Positions 1-11,369 of a DNA stretch of 64,000 nucleotides are shown one piece after another. Under the pieces are notes generated by a model, which did no database searches, had not been told where the DNA came from, and saw nothing but the letters and a program-made list of their open reading frames with translations. This stretch comes from Nitrospinales bacterium (lineage in GTDB: Bacteria; Nitrospinota; Nitrospinia; Nitrospinales; VA-1): contig CBDCWG010000012.1 in the NCBI GenBank assembly GCA_965223345.1, forward strand, positions 1,760,001 through 1,824,000, in the 5' to 3' direction. How positions within the stretch are numbered: the stretch's first letter is position 1; every line of letters starts with the position of its first letter. The position numbers and the translations under genes were made by a program.

Positions 1-213
1 TTCCTCGCGGGCATAGCCGAACTGCTTGCAGGCGGCGTTGTTGACGCGCACGATTTTTGCGTTCGCGTCGTGCCAGATGATGGCGTCGGCGGTGTTTTCG
101 ATGGTGAAATTGGCGAGCCTGAGGCATTCGTCGTATTCTTTATCTATGGGATCGCTCATAACGGTTTCGTTTCCACCAGGCTGGGGTGGGGTTGGGGGTG
201 TTGTTGTCGTCAT
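1..213 (-). CDS. N-terminal fragment of a PAS-domain protein (runs off the window; possibly a sigma54 enhancer-binding protein or sensor)
   Basis: Manual minus-strand translation MTTTTPP...MSDPIDKEYDECLRLANFTIENTADAIIWHDANAKIVRVNNAACKQFGYAREE, a typical PAS start; alternative ATG at 159. Confidence 0.75.
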   Translation of the reverse strand, partial: MTTTTPPTPPQPGGNETVMSDPIDKEYDECLRLANFTIENTADAIIWHDANAKIVRVNNAACKQFGYAREE

Positions 214-300
214 TGCACAATATACGAAATTCGGTGTTTATGCTACTTAAAATCGTAAATCACTGAATTTAGTAGTCATGGCGAGTTGTGGATTTTTGGT

Positions 301-313
301 TAATATATTGAAT
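301..313 (-). promoter_or_regulatory. IHF-like binding site
   Basis: Reverse complement ATTCAATATATTA, one mismatch to WATCAANNNNTTR, in an AT-rich tract just upstream of a sigma54 motif. Confidence 0.45.
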
Positions 314-341
314 ATTAAGGTTTTACTTTAATTCCGGCGAT

Positions 342-357
342 TGGCATGGGCCCTGCA
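342..357 (+). promoter_or_regulatory. sigma54 (-24/-12) promoter
   Basis: TGGCATGGGCCCTGCA: GG(343-344)-N10-GC(355-356). Confidence 0.65.
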
Positions 358-412
358 ATTAATCCTGTCAGAATCGCAGTTTGTCCCTCTTTTCATCAAG
401 GAGATTCGCAAG

Positions 413-841
413 ATGAACTCTCAAAATAAAAATTCGACCTTTAAAGTGCAACTCAAGGGCATCGACCATTTCGGCATCAACGTGCGCAACATGGACCGGG
501 CCGTGAAATTTTACCGCGACGTGCTGGGATTCGAGCTGGAAGAGGAATACGAGCCGGGCGAAAAGCATGTCGAGCTGTTCGCGGGCAACGTGTACCTCGC
601 GCTCTTTGAAACGCCGGAGCTGGATCTTAAGGCGGGCCACGAAATCCTGACGCGCGAGGGCTATCTGCACTGGGCGTTCGAGGCGCGGCCGGAGGATTTC
701 GACGCCATCCTCGAGTCGCTCGCAGATAACGGCGTGCAGTTCAACGGCAAGGTGCGCCAGCACAGAAGCGGGCCGTCGGCGTATTTCTACGATCCGGACG
801 GCAACTACCTTGAGATCCACGCGAACCATCCCCAAAAGTGA
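413..841 (+). CDS. VOC/glyoxalase family protein
   Basis: IDHFGINV...FYRDVLGF...HWAF...YFYDPDGNYLE; AAGGAG RBS before ATG 413. Confidence 0.9.
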   Translation: MNSQNKNSTFKVQLKGIDHFGINVRNMDRAVKFYRDVLGFELEEEYEPGEKHVELFAGNVYLALFETPELDLKAGHEILTREGYLHWAFEARPEDFDAILESLADNGVQFNGKVRQHRSGPSAYFYDPDGNYLEIHANHPQK

Positions 842-894
842 ATGCGGGATTGAACGATTATTCAACAGACGACAGAGAAAGCGAGGCAAATATC

Positions 895-1701
895 ATGATG
901 ACGCAAAACAAATCTTTGGACATCCGCTTGTATCCCCCGGAAGCACAGGGAATCGGGGCGTTCGACGGCGGCCGCATCACCGAGACCAAGCCGGTGGCGT
1001 TCCCGCACGAAAACCCCGCCGCCCCCAACCTGGGGCCTTTGTTTTACTGGGCCTGGGCGACGGCGGAGGGCTACGGCAAGATCGGGCTGCACCCGCACAA
1101 GGGCTTCGAGATCATGAGTTACGCGCTTACAGGCGAGATCGGCCACTACGATACGCTGGGCAACAAAAGCCGCGTGAGAGCTGGCGGCGCGCAGGTCATG
1201 CAGACCGGCTCCGGCGTCTCGCACGAGGAAGAAACGGTGGGCGACCGCACCGAGTTTTTTCAGATCTGGTTCGAACCGAACCTGGCCGAAGCGGTGCAAA
1301 AACCCGCCACCTATCGGGAGATCGCCAACGACGCGTTTCCGGTTGAGGAGCGGGACGGCGTCACCCTCAAGTCCGTGCTGGGCGCGGGTTCGCCGGTCGA
1401 GCTCACGACCGAGGCGGCCATGCAGGATGTGACGATCGCTGCGAACCGCACCCACGAGCACAGCCTGGATGCCGGGCGCACCCTGGCGGCGGTGGTCATC
1501 GACGGCGCGGGGACGCTGGTGGACGAGACCGCCGGCGGCAAGACGCACGTCAAGAAAAAGGACTTCGCGGTGGTGCACGCTCAGGCGGCGGGGAAGGTTT
1601 CCTTCAAGGCCGAAGCAGAAGGCGCGTTGCGGCTGGCGCTCATCGAAGTGCCGGCGAACGTCGATTATCCGCTGTACCGCGACGGCCGCGTGGCCATTTA
1701 G
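895..1701 (+). CDS. Pirin family protein
   Basis: HPHKGFEIMSY, H-D-LG, MQTGSGVSHEE, FQIW motifs; start could be 838. Confidence 0.9.
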   Translation: MMTQNKSLDIRLYPPEAQGIGAFDGGRITETKPVAFPHENPAAPNLGPLFYWAWATAEGYGKIGLHPHKGFEIMSYALTGEIGHYDTLGNKSRVRAGGAQVMQTGSGVSHEEETVGDRTEFFQIWFEPNLAEAVQKPATYREIANDAFPVEERDGVTLKSVLGAGSPVELTTEAAMQDVTIAANRTHEHSLDAGRTLAAVVIDGAGTLVDETAGGKTHVKKKDFAVVHAQAAGKVSFKAEAEGALRLALIEVPANVDYPLYRDGRVAI

Positions 1702-1749
1702 AACAACCCATCGAATCCCATCTGTTAACAGCAATCCAGGAAAAGTTTA

Positions 1750-2166
1750 ATGGGATTGAGAGAAATGAAATCCAAACATGCAAAAATCGGAGCGGTGATG
1801 TATTTCATCTGGGGCCTGTTGCACCTGAAGGCGGCCTTCAGCGTTTACCAGCTGGGAAACGGCTTGGATGCGGGCATGGTTCAGGGCCGGGTGTTTCAGG
1901 ATGCCTGGAACCTGCTGTTCTTTGCGATTGTGGGTATGGTCGTGGCCGTTTGCTACAACTGGCGCAACAGCCGGCTGGGATACTGGATCAATCTGATTAC
2001 GGTGAGTGTCACGGACATCGGGTTTATCGCTTTCGTCCTGATTCCCGGTTATCTTGCGGTCTTTCCCGGCATCCTGGGACCGGTGTTCTGGGTGCTGGGA
2101 GCGGTGTTCAGCACCCTCGGACTTTTGTCCATGAGTGAAAATGAAACCGTCCATGCCCGATCATAA
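1750..2166 (+). CDS. Hypothetical membrane protein (about 4 TM)
   Basis: Hydrophobic segments; co-oriented within the operon. Confidence 0.75.
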   Translation: MGLREMKSKHAKIGAVMYFIWGLLHLKAAFSVYQLGNGLDAGMVQGRVFQDAWNLLFFAIVGMVVAVCYNWRNSRLGYWINLITVSVTDIGFIAFVLIPGYLAVFPGILGPVFWVLGAVFSTLGLLSMSENETVHARS

Positions 2167-2205
2167 CGGCATGGCGTTCAATCCATTTAAAGAAAGGAAG
2201 GGGAA

Positions 2206-3213
2206 ATGAAATTGCACATGAAATGGGACCTGTTTTTGGGAATGATCCTTGCGGTATTTTTTATGGGAAGTGGACTGACTTCGGCGGGGGAGTCCAAGGA
2301 AGAGAAGAAGCAGCAGCTGGTGTGGGATGCGGGAACCGTGCAGCTTGAGATGGAGAAACTGGCCGAAGGCGTGTACGCGTACTATCCCACCGATGCCAGG
2401 GAGAAAAACCCCAAGGGCTATCCCGTCGCCACTTCCGGTGGTTTTGTGGTCGGCGACAAAGGCGTGCTGGTGGTCGATTCGATGGTGAACAAGCGGCTGG
2501 CCGAGCAGGTGATGGGGTTTGTCAAAAAGGTCACGGACAAACCGATTCTGTATGTGGTCAACACCAGCTACCACGGCGACCACGCTTATGGGAACTACGC
2601 GTTTCCCAAGAGCGCGAAGATCATCCAGCACAGCAAGACCAAGGCGTTCATGGAGAACAAGGAAGCCTTCGAGGCAGACAAGAAATTCATGGCGCAGTAT
2701 TTCGGCGCCAACCGCGGCATCGAAGAGGTGGTGGCGCGCACGGCGGACATCGTGGTGGACGATCAGAAAACCCTCGACCTGGGCAATAAAAAAGTGGAGA
2801 TCCGCCATTTCGGTTTCGCCCAGACGGAAGGGGATCTGTTCGTCTGGGTTCCTGAAAACAAAGTGATGTGGACGGGCAATCCTGTGATCGCAACTCCGCC
2901 CGCCATCCCCTGGCTGCTGGACGGCAAGCATGAAGAAGTTCTGGCAACGATGAAAAAACTGCGCGCCTTTTTGCCGCAAGACGCGACCGTGGTTCCCGGT
3001 CACGGAGTTCCGGTCAAGCCGGAGACCATCGATTTCACGATCGGGTACCTGGAAACGCTGCACAAGGAAGTGAAATATGCGGTGAACAGCGGCACCAACC
3101 TGGAACTGGCGCAAAAAGAAATCACCATGCAGGATTTCCAGGGGTACGCGCTCTGGGGATGGGTGCACACGCAGGTCAATGTGCCCAACACCTATAAGGA
3201 GCTGGCAAACTAG
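2206..3213 (+). CDS. MBL-fold metallo-hydrolase (cyclase-like) with signal peptide
   Basis: NTSYHGDH and VPGHG motifs; hydrophobic N-terminus. Confidence 0.85.
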   Translation: MKLHMKWDLFLGMILAVFFMGSGLTSAGESKEEKKQQLVWDAGTVQLEMEKLAEGVYAYYPTDAREKNPKGYPVATSGGFVVGDKGVLVVDSMVNKRLAEQVMGFVKKVTDKPILYVVNTSYHGDHAYGNYAFPKSAKIIQHSKTKAFMENKEAFEADKKFMAQYFGANRGIEEVVARTADIVVDDQKTLDLGNKKVEIRHFGFAQTEGDLFVWVPENKVMWTGNPVIATPPAIPWLLDGKHEEVLATMKKLRAFLPQDATVVPGHGVPVKPETIDFTIGYLETLHKEVKYAVNSGTNLELAQKEITMQDFQGYALWGWVHTQVNVPNTYKELAN

Positions 3214-3257
3214 TTCCTTCATCGCTTCAGACACTTATATCCAAAAAGGAACTGAAG

Positions 3258-5051
3258 ATGAAAAACAGACTGTTGCAAAAAGCAGGACTCATCGTCTTCG
3301 CTTTGACTTTATCCGCATCCCTTGCGCTCGCGCAGGAGGCGGACCTGATTCTGCACAATGCGAAAATAACCACGCTGGATGCGCAAAACCCTGCGGCCTC
3401 GGCGGTGGCAATCAAAGCGGGGCGTATTGTTAAAGTCGGCGGCGATGCCGATATCCTCAAACTCAAAGGCGATTCCACGCGGGTGCTGGATGCAAAGGGG
3501 CGCAGGATCATACCCGGTCTCAACGATTCGCATTCCCATTTCATCCGCGGCGGGCGTTTTTTTAACGCGGAGCTGCGCTGGGACGGCGTCCCCTCATTGG
3601 CGAAAGGGCTTGAGATGATCCGCCAGCAGGCCAGGCGCACGCCGGAAGGCCAGTGGGTGCGGGTGATCGGGGGCTGGTCGCGGTATCAATTTCAGGAAAA
3701 TCGTTTTCCGACATTAAAAGAACTCAATCAGGCCGCTCCCGATACCCCGGTGTACGTGCAGTATCTGTACAGCAGGGGGTTTATGAATCAGGCGGGGCTT
3801 CAGGCGATGGGGATCGATGAAAACACGAAGGCCCCGCAGGGGGCCCGCTTCGAACGGGGGCCCGATGGGAAACCCACGGGCCTGCTGATCGCGGATCCGC
3901 ATGCGGGCCTTTTGTACAAAACCATCGCGAGCTTGCCCGGCCTGTCTGAGGAAGAGCAGGCCAACTCCACGATCCAGTTCTTTTACGAACTGGCGCGTTT
4001 TGGCTTGACCAGCGTCATCGACGTCGGCGGTGGAGGCCATTTTTACCCGGAGAACTATGAAATCGCACAGCAACTGGCTGAAGGCGGGAAGCTGCCCCTC
4101 AGAGTGTCTTTCTACCTGTTCCCGCCCACTCCCGGAAAGGAGTACTCGGATTTCAAGCGATGGATCAACATGACGCAGCCGGAAACCAACAGCGACCCTT
4201 TGCGTGAGCACGGTTACGTTATGGAGGGAGGCGGAGAGTACCTGGTCTGGTCTGCCGGGGATTTTGAAAATTTCATGTCGCCCCGGCCCGAGCAGGGAGA
4301 AACCATGGCCGAAGACCTCACCCGGGTCGCGACGCTCATGCTGGAAAACAGATGGCCCTTCCGGCTGCATGCGACCTATGACGAATCGGTGAGCAACATT
4401 CTCGATGTGCTTGAAGACCTCAATCGCAAAATTCCATTCAACGGTCTGCGCTGGTCGATCGAACATGGAGAAACCCTATCGGAACGGAGTGTGGATCGAA
4501 TCGCCGCGCTGGGTGGCGGGATCGCACTGCAAAACAGACTGGCATTCGCGGGAGAGGATTTTTTAGATCGGTACGGCGCTGAAAAAGCAGCCCACTCCCC
4601 GCCGTTCCGCATGATCTTGAACAAGGGGGTGCCGTTGGGGATGGGAACGGATGCGACCCGCGTTTCCGGTTTCAACCCGTGGCTGTGCCTGTACTGGCTG
4701 GTGGCTGGAAAGACGGTTGGGGGAACCGAGCTGTATGGGCCGGACAACCGGCTTTCCCGTGAGGAAGCCCTGCATGTCTACACGGTGGGCAGCGCCTGGT
4801 TTTCGCACGAAGAAGATGTGAAGGGCCGCATCGCCGAAGGCCAGTACGCCGATCTTGCGGTGTTGTCGGCGGATTACATGACGGTTCCCGAAGAGGACAT
4901 CAAGTCGATCGAATCGGTTCTCACAGTCGTCGATGGCAAAATCGTCTACGGAGCCGAAGAATTTGCGTCTCTGATGCCCGATCTGCCGCCCATTCAACCC
5001 GACTGGTCGCCTGTGAAATATTACGGGTCGTACTATAAAGATGAAAAATAA
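3258..5051 (+). CDS. Amidohydrolase (Amidohydro_3, YtcJ/NfdA-like) with signal peptide, copy 1
   Basis: PGLNDSHSH, RLHATYDE, IEH, GTD, ADLAVLS motifs; ALA-Q signal cleavage site. Confidence 0.9.
   Translation: MKNRLLQKAGLIVFALTLSASLALAQEADLILHNAKITTLDAQNPAASAVAIKAGRIVKVGGDADILKLKGDSTRVLDAKGRRIIPGLNDSHSHFIRGGRFFNAELRWDGVPSLAKGLEMIRQQARRTPEGQWVRVIGGWSRYQFQENRFPTLKELNQAAPDTPVYVQYLYSRGFMNQAGLQAMGIDENTKAPQGARFERGPDGKPTGLLIADPHAGLLYKTIASLPGLSEEEQANSTIQFFYELARFGLTSVIDVGGGGHFYPENYEIAQQLAEGGKLPLRVSFYLFPPTPGKEYSDFKRWINMTQPETNSDPLREHGYVMEGGGEYLVWSAGDFENFMSPRPEQGETMAEDLTRVATLMLENRWPFRLHATYDESVSNILDVLEDLNRKIPFNGLRWSIEHGETLSERSVDRIAALGGGIALQNRLAFAGEDFLDRYGAEKAAHSPPFRMILNKGVPLGMGTDATRVSGFNPWLCLYWLVAGKTVGGTELYGPDNRLSREEALHVYTVGSAWFSHEEDVKGRIAEGQYADLAVLSADYMTVPEEDIKSIESVLTVVDGKIVYGAEEFASLMPDLPPIQPDWSPVKYYGSYYKDEK
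4764..5050 (+). repeat. Near-identical direct repeat (partner 6568-6854): 3' ends of the two amidohydrolases
   Basis: 4764-4921 is identical to 6568-6725; only a handful of substitutions afterwards. Confidence 0.9.
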
Positions 5052-5061
5052 AGGAAATAAA

Positions 5062-6855
5062 ATGCCAGACACATCTTTAATGAAGCTATGGCTGATTCTA
5101 ACGGCTTTATTTTCGTTTTCCTCGCTTGCATTCGCGCAGGAGGCGGATCTGATTCTGCACAATGCAAAAATAACCACGCTGGATGCGCAAAATCCAACGG
5201 CTTCGGCGTTGGCAATCAAGGAAGGACGCATTGTTAAAGTCGGTGACGATTCCGATATCCTCAAACTCAAAACCGAATCGACGCGGGTGATGGACGCAAA
5301 GGGGCGCCGGATCGTTCCCGGTCTCAACGATTCGCATTCCCACTACATCCGCGGCGGTCTCGCCTTCAATGCGATCCTTCGCTGGGACGGCGTGCCGACG
5401 CTCGCGGAGGGACTGGAGATGATCCGCCAGCAGGCGAAGCGCACGCCCAAGGGGCATTGGGTGCGCGTCATCGGCGGCTGGACGCCGCATCAGTTTGCAG
5501 AGAAGCGGTTGCCCACACCCGAAGAATTGACGCAGGCCGCACCCGACACGCCGGTCTATGTGCAGTATTTTTACAGCCGGGCGGTGGTCAATCAAGCGGG
5601 CCTGAAAGCGATCGGTTTCGATGCCAACACGCAAACGACGCCCGGGTCGCGTCTGGAGATGGGGCCGGATGGCAAACCCACCGGGCTCCTGATCGCCGAC
5701 CCGCATCCGGCGCTGCTGTACAAGTCCATCGCCAGCCTGCCGGCGCTGCAACCGGAAGAGCAGGTCAATTCGACGGTCCATCTTTTTCATCAACTCGCCC
5801 GCTTCGGGTTGACCAGCGTCATCGACGTGGGTGGGGGAGGGCAGCACTATCCAAAAAATTACAAAACCGCGGAAAAACTGGCCGAGAAAGCCGAGTTTCC
5901 CATCCGTGTTTCCTACTACCTGTTCGCGCAGACGCCGGGAAAGGAGTATTCGGACTTTAAAAGCTGGATCCAGCAGGTGGCTCCCAACACCAACACCGAT
6001 CCGTTGCGTGAAGACGGCTACGTGATGGAAGGCGGCGGCGAGTATCTGGTCTGGGACGCCGCGGATTTCGAAAACTTCATGTCGCCCCGGCCCGAATTGA
6101 AACCGGATATGGCCGCGAGTCTGAAAAAGGTGGTGACGCTTCTGGTCAAAAACCGCTGGCCGTTTCGCATGCACGCGACTTACGACGAATCCATCTCGAA
6201 AATACTGGATGTGGTGGAGGCCGTGAACCGCGAGATCCCGTTCAACGGGCTTCGCTGGTCCATCGAGCATGCGGAAACCCTCAAGGAACCCAATATCGAT
6301 CGCATTCGAGCCCTCGGTGGCGGTGTCGCCATTCAGGACCGCATGGTCTTTCTGGGGGATGATTTCCTCGATCGCTATGGAGCGGAAGCCGCGGGCCAGA
6401 CGGCTCCGGTGAAGCTGCTCATGCAAAAAGGCGTTCCGGTCGGCATGGGAACGGACGGCACGCGCGGGTCGAGCTTCAATCCCTGGGTGGGGCTGCATTG
6501 GCTGGTCACAGGGGAAACGGCTTCCGGAGCGAAGCTTTACAAAAAGGACAAGCTCCTCACGCGGGAAGAAGCCCTGCATGTCTACACGGTGGGCAGCGCC
6601 TGGTTTTCGCACGAAGAAGATGTGAAGGGCCGCATCGCCGAAGGCCAGTACGCCGATCTTGCGGTGTTGTCGGCGGATTACATGACGGTTCCCGAAGAGG
6701 ACATCAAGTCGATCGAATCGGTTCTGACTGTCGTCGATGGCAAAATCGTCTACGGCGCCGAAGAGTTTGCGTCTCTGATGCCCGATCTGCCGCCCATTCA
6801 ACCCGACTGGTCGCCTGTGAAATATTACGGGTCCTACTATAAAAATGAAAAATGA
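5062..6855 (+). CDS. Amidohydrolase (Amidohydro_3) with signal peptide, copy 2
   Basis: Paralog of the upstream gene with the same motifs; AFA-Q signal cleavage site. Confidence 0.9.
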   Translation: MPDTSLMKLWLILTALFSFSSLAFAQEADLILHNAKITTLDAQNPTASALAIKEGRIVKVGDDSDILKLKTESTRVMDAKGRRIVPGLNDSHSHYIRGGLAFNAILRWDGVPTLAEGLEMIRQQAKRTPKGHWVRVIGGWTPHQFAEKRLPTPEELTQAAPDTPVYVQYFYSRAVVNQAGLKAIGFDANTQTTPGSRLEMGPDGKPTGLLIADPHPALLYKSIASLPALQPEEQVNSTVHLFHQLARFGLTSVIDVGGGGQHYPKNYKTAEKLAEKAEFPIRVSYYLFAQTPGKEYSDFKSWIQQVAPNTNTDPLREDGYVMEGGGEYLVWDAADFENFMSPRPELKPDMAASLKKVVTLLVKNRWPFRMHATYDESISKILDVVEAVNREIPFNGLRWSIEHAETLKEPNIDRIRALGGGVAIQDRMVFLGDDFLDRYGAEAAGQTAPVKLLMQKGVPVGMGTDGTRGSSFNPWVGLHWLVTGETASGAKLYKKDKLLTREEALHVYTVGSAWFSHEEDVKGRIAEGQYADLAVLSADYMTVPEEDIKSIESVLTVVDGKIVYGAEEFASLMPDLPPIQPDWSPVKYYGSYYKNEK

Positions 6856-6960
6856 TGTTTCCCGCAAACCCTTTTCATTTGAGCTGCAGGCAAGTTAACA
6901 GCCTGAGATTTTTTCAAGCCATTACCCTTAATTTCCCGAATTCAACCAGGGAGTGAAACC

Positions 6961-7608
6961 ATGAGTCATGTAGATTTATTGACCCCGGACAACTCAACCA
7001 TGATCTTCATCGACCACCAGCCGCAAATGGCATTCGGTGTGGTGTCGATCGATCGGCAATTACTCAAAAGCAATGTGACGGCGCTGGCGAAGTCGGCAAA
7101 GGTTTTCAAGGTGCCGACGATCCTGACCACGGTGGAGACAAAAAGCTTCAGCGGCAATATGTGGCCGGAATTGCTGGCTGTGTTCCCCGATCAGGAACCC
7201 ATTGAAAGGACCTCGATGAATTCCTGGGAGGATAATAAATTCGTTGCGGCGGTCGAGAAAGCGGGGCGGAAAAAGCTGGTCATCGCCGCTCTGTGGACGG
7301 AGGTCTGTCTGGTTTTCCCGGCTCTGGATGCGCTCAAGGCGGGCTATGAGGTCTATGCCGTGGTGGACGCCTCCGGTGGAACCAGTCAGGAGGCGCATGA
7401 ATACGCGCTGCAACGCATGGTTCAGGCCGGCGTGGTTCCAGTCACCTGGCAACAGGTGCTTTTGGAATACCAGCGTGACTGGGCCCGGAAAGAGACCTAC
7501 GATCCTGTGCTGGCGATCGTCAAGGAACACAGCGGAGCTTACGGTATGGGCGTGGAGTACGCGTACACGATGGTTCACGGTCAGCCGGCTACAGAAATAG
7601 CGGGTTAA
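6961..7608 (+). CDS. ycaC: Isochorismatase family hydrolase, YcaC-like
   Basis: IDHQPQM, ERTSMNSWED, ALWTEVC, QRDWAR. Confidence 0.88.
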   Translation: MSHVDLLTPDNSTMIFIDHQPQMAFGVVSIDRQLLKSNVTALAKSAKVFKVPTILTTVETKSFSGNMWPELLAVFPDQEPIERTSMNSWEDNKFVAAVEKAGRKKLVIAALWTEVCLVFPALDALKAGYEVYAVVDASGGTSQEAHEYALQRMVQAGVVPVTWQQVLLEYQRDWARKETYDPVLAIVKEHSGAYGMGVEYAYTMVHGQPATEIAG

Positions 7609-7638
7609 CCGCGGCCTAGGATAAAAGAGAGCAGGAAA

Positions 7639-8862
7639 ATGAAAGAACGACGCACACATGGGAGCCGGTTGCGTTTTCGCATACCGGCGGTTCTCCTGGT
7701 TTTGTTTTCCTTCGGTTGCGCGTTGGGGCCCAAAGCGATGAACGCCACCCGGTTGATGTACAACGACGCCTTGCAGCAGACCGAGAGCCGCGAGCTGCTT
7801 TTGAATCTGGTCCGCATGCGCTACCTGGAATCTCCGGAATTTCTCGGCGTCAGCTCGATCTCCACCCAGTACAACTTCGATGCTTCGGTTTCCGTCGGTG
7901 GAACGCTGGGAATCAGCGAGGGGGAACCGACCCGGCTTGCGGAACCCGGCGCTCGCGCCGGGTTCTCGGAACGGCCCACGATCACGTTTGTTCCGCGCCG
8001 CGATCCGGAGTTTGCAAAACAACTGCTCGCGCCTCTGGATCTGGAAATGCTCGTGTACCTGACGGATTATGGCTGGGCGATGGACCGGATCTTGCGGGTC
8101 ACTGTCGCCACCCTCAATGACCTTAAAAACGGTCCCTCGCGCGAGTTTTCCGATGCGGATGAGGCCAGGGAGCTGTCCCGTTTCTCACAAGCCGCGAAAA
8201 CGCTGGCGGCGTTGCGCCAGAAAGGGTTTTTACACTTGAACCTCGAGGAGCGGCTGAAAAAACAGTCGGGCCCATTGAGCGAAGACAAAATCGATTCCGG
8301 GGATTTTCTGGCAGCGGAACGGGAAGGATACCGCCTGCAGTATTTTGCAGAAGACCAGGCGTATTTCATCACCCGGACCGACCGGGTTCTGGTTCTGTCT
8401 TTTAAGGAAGAATCCTTGAACGATCCTCAGGTGAGCGCGATTCCGGAAATATTGAACGTTCCCGCAGGGCAGACGCAATTCACCCTGCAAACCCGCAAGG
8501 ATTCCGGGCAAAAGGATGCCATCACGATCCGGATGCGTTCGATCCTGGGGGTTTTTGCATATCTATCCCGGGGCATCGATGTGCCGGACTCTCATTTTCG
8601 TCTGGTGGGCACCGAAGAAAATGTAGAGAAGATAAAAGCCGGGGCGGAGGTTTTTCAGGATCTATTCCGGGTCCGGGTGCAGCCATCGCAACCGGAGCGG
8701 GCTCTGGTTGCGGTTCCGTTTAGGGGCCATTGGTATTACATCGATGAAGAGGACCTGGCGACCAAACGAACGCTGGGCCTGTTGAGCTATCTGGTCAAAT
8801 TGAAAATCAATGCGGGCGGGGTCGAAAACCTTCCGGTTCTGACCCTGCCGGTGGGGCAATGA
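7639..8862 (+). CDS. Hypothetical lipoprotein
   Basis: Lipobox-like FSFGC; LLLNLVRMRY and PTITFVP conserved-looking segments. Confidence 0.75.
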   Translation: MKERRTHGSRLRFRIPAVLLVLFSFGCALGPKAMNATRLMYNDALQQTESRELLLNLVRMRYLESPEFLGVSSISTQYNFDASVSVGGTLGISEGEPTRLAEPGARAGFSERPTITFVPRRDPEFAKQLLAPLDLEMLVYLTDYGWAMDRILRVTVATLNDLKNGPSREFSDADEARELSRFSQAAKTLAALRQKGFLHLNLEERLKKQSGPLSEDKIDSGDFLAAEREGYRLQYFAEDQAYFITRTDRVLVLSFKEESLNDPQVSAIPEILNVPAGQTQFTLQTRKDSGQKDAITIRMRSILGVFAYLSRGIDVPDSHFRLVGTEENVEKIKAGAEVFQDLFRVRVQPSQPERALVAVPFRGHWYYIDEEDLATKRTLGLLSYLVKLKINAGGVENLPVLTLPVGQ

Positions 8863-8897
8863 CGAAACCGGTAACTTTCGCAGAAAGGAAATACAGG

Positions 8898-9512
8898 ATG
8901 GAATTTTCACAGTTGATTCAGGAGCGCCGCAGCGTCAAATCCTACGATCCGGATAAATCCGTCAGCGATGCGGAATTGAAAGAGCTGTTCGAGGAGGTGA
9001 TCTTAAGCCCCAGTTCGTTCAACCTGCAGCACTGGATGTTCATCGCGGTGAAGGATGCGGAGCTAAAGAAAAAGCTGCGCGAGGCCGCCTGGGGCCAGCC
9101 GCAGGTCGAGGCCTGCTCGGTGGCGTTTCTGGTCTGCGGCCGGCTCGATGCGTACAAGGACGCGCCGCGGATTTATGCAGAGGTCCCCGCCGAGGTGCAA
9201 AAGCAGGTCCTGCCGATGATCGAAAATTTCTACGACGGCAAAGAGCGGCTGCAGCGCGACGAAGCCATCCGCAGCGCCTCGCTCGCCGCCATGACCCTGA
9301 TGTACGCCGCGAAAAACCGGGGTTTCGTCACCGGACCGATGATCGGTTTCGACCCGGAGGCGGTGTCGCAATTGCTCAAACTCAACGCCAACACCATTCC
9401 CGTCATGATGCTGGTGTTGGGGCACCAGAAAGACGCGCCCCGGCCGCGGGCCTACCGGCATCCGGTGGGGGAGGTGGTGCGGTTCGACTCGCAGGATGGC
9501 CCCGGCCTTTAG
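8898..9512 (+). CDS. Nitroreductase family protein
   Basis: RRSVKSYD, SPSSFNLQHW, GPMIGFD. Confidence 0.92.
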   Translation: MEFSQLIQERRSVKSYDPDKSVSDAELKELFEEVILSPSSFNLQHWMFIAVKDAELKKKLREAAWGQPQVEACSVAFLVCGRLDAYKDAPRIYAEVPAEVQKQVLPMIENFYDGKERLQRDEAIRSASLAAMTLMYAAKNRGFVTGPMIGFDPEAVSQLLKLNANTIPVMMLVLGHQKDAPRPRAYRHPVGEVVRFDSQDGPGL

Positions 9513-9535
9513 GCGGGAGCGTGATGCCGGCCTGA

Positions 9536-11304
<1,769 letters not shown>

Positions 11305-11369
11305 TTAATGAGTGCGTTCCCCGTTCCCGCCGGGCATCGGGATTTCCGGAATCGATGAGGTTTTGAGCG

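Noticed and set aside
26..258. Two short plus-strand ORFs
   Set aside because: Overlap the minus-strand PAS gene, which has a recognisable domain
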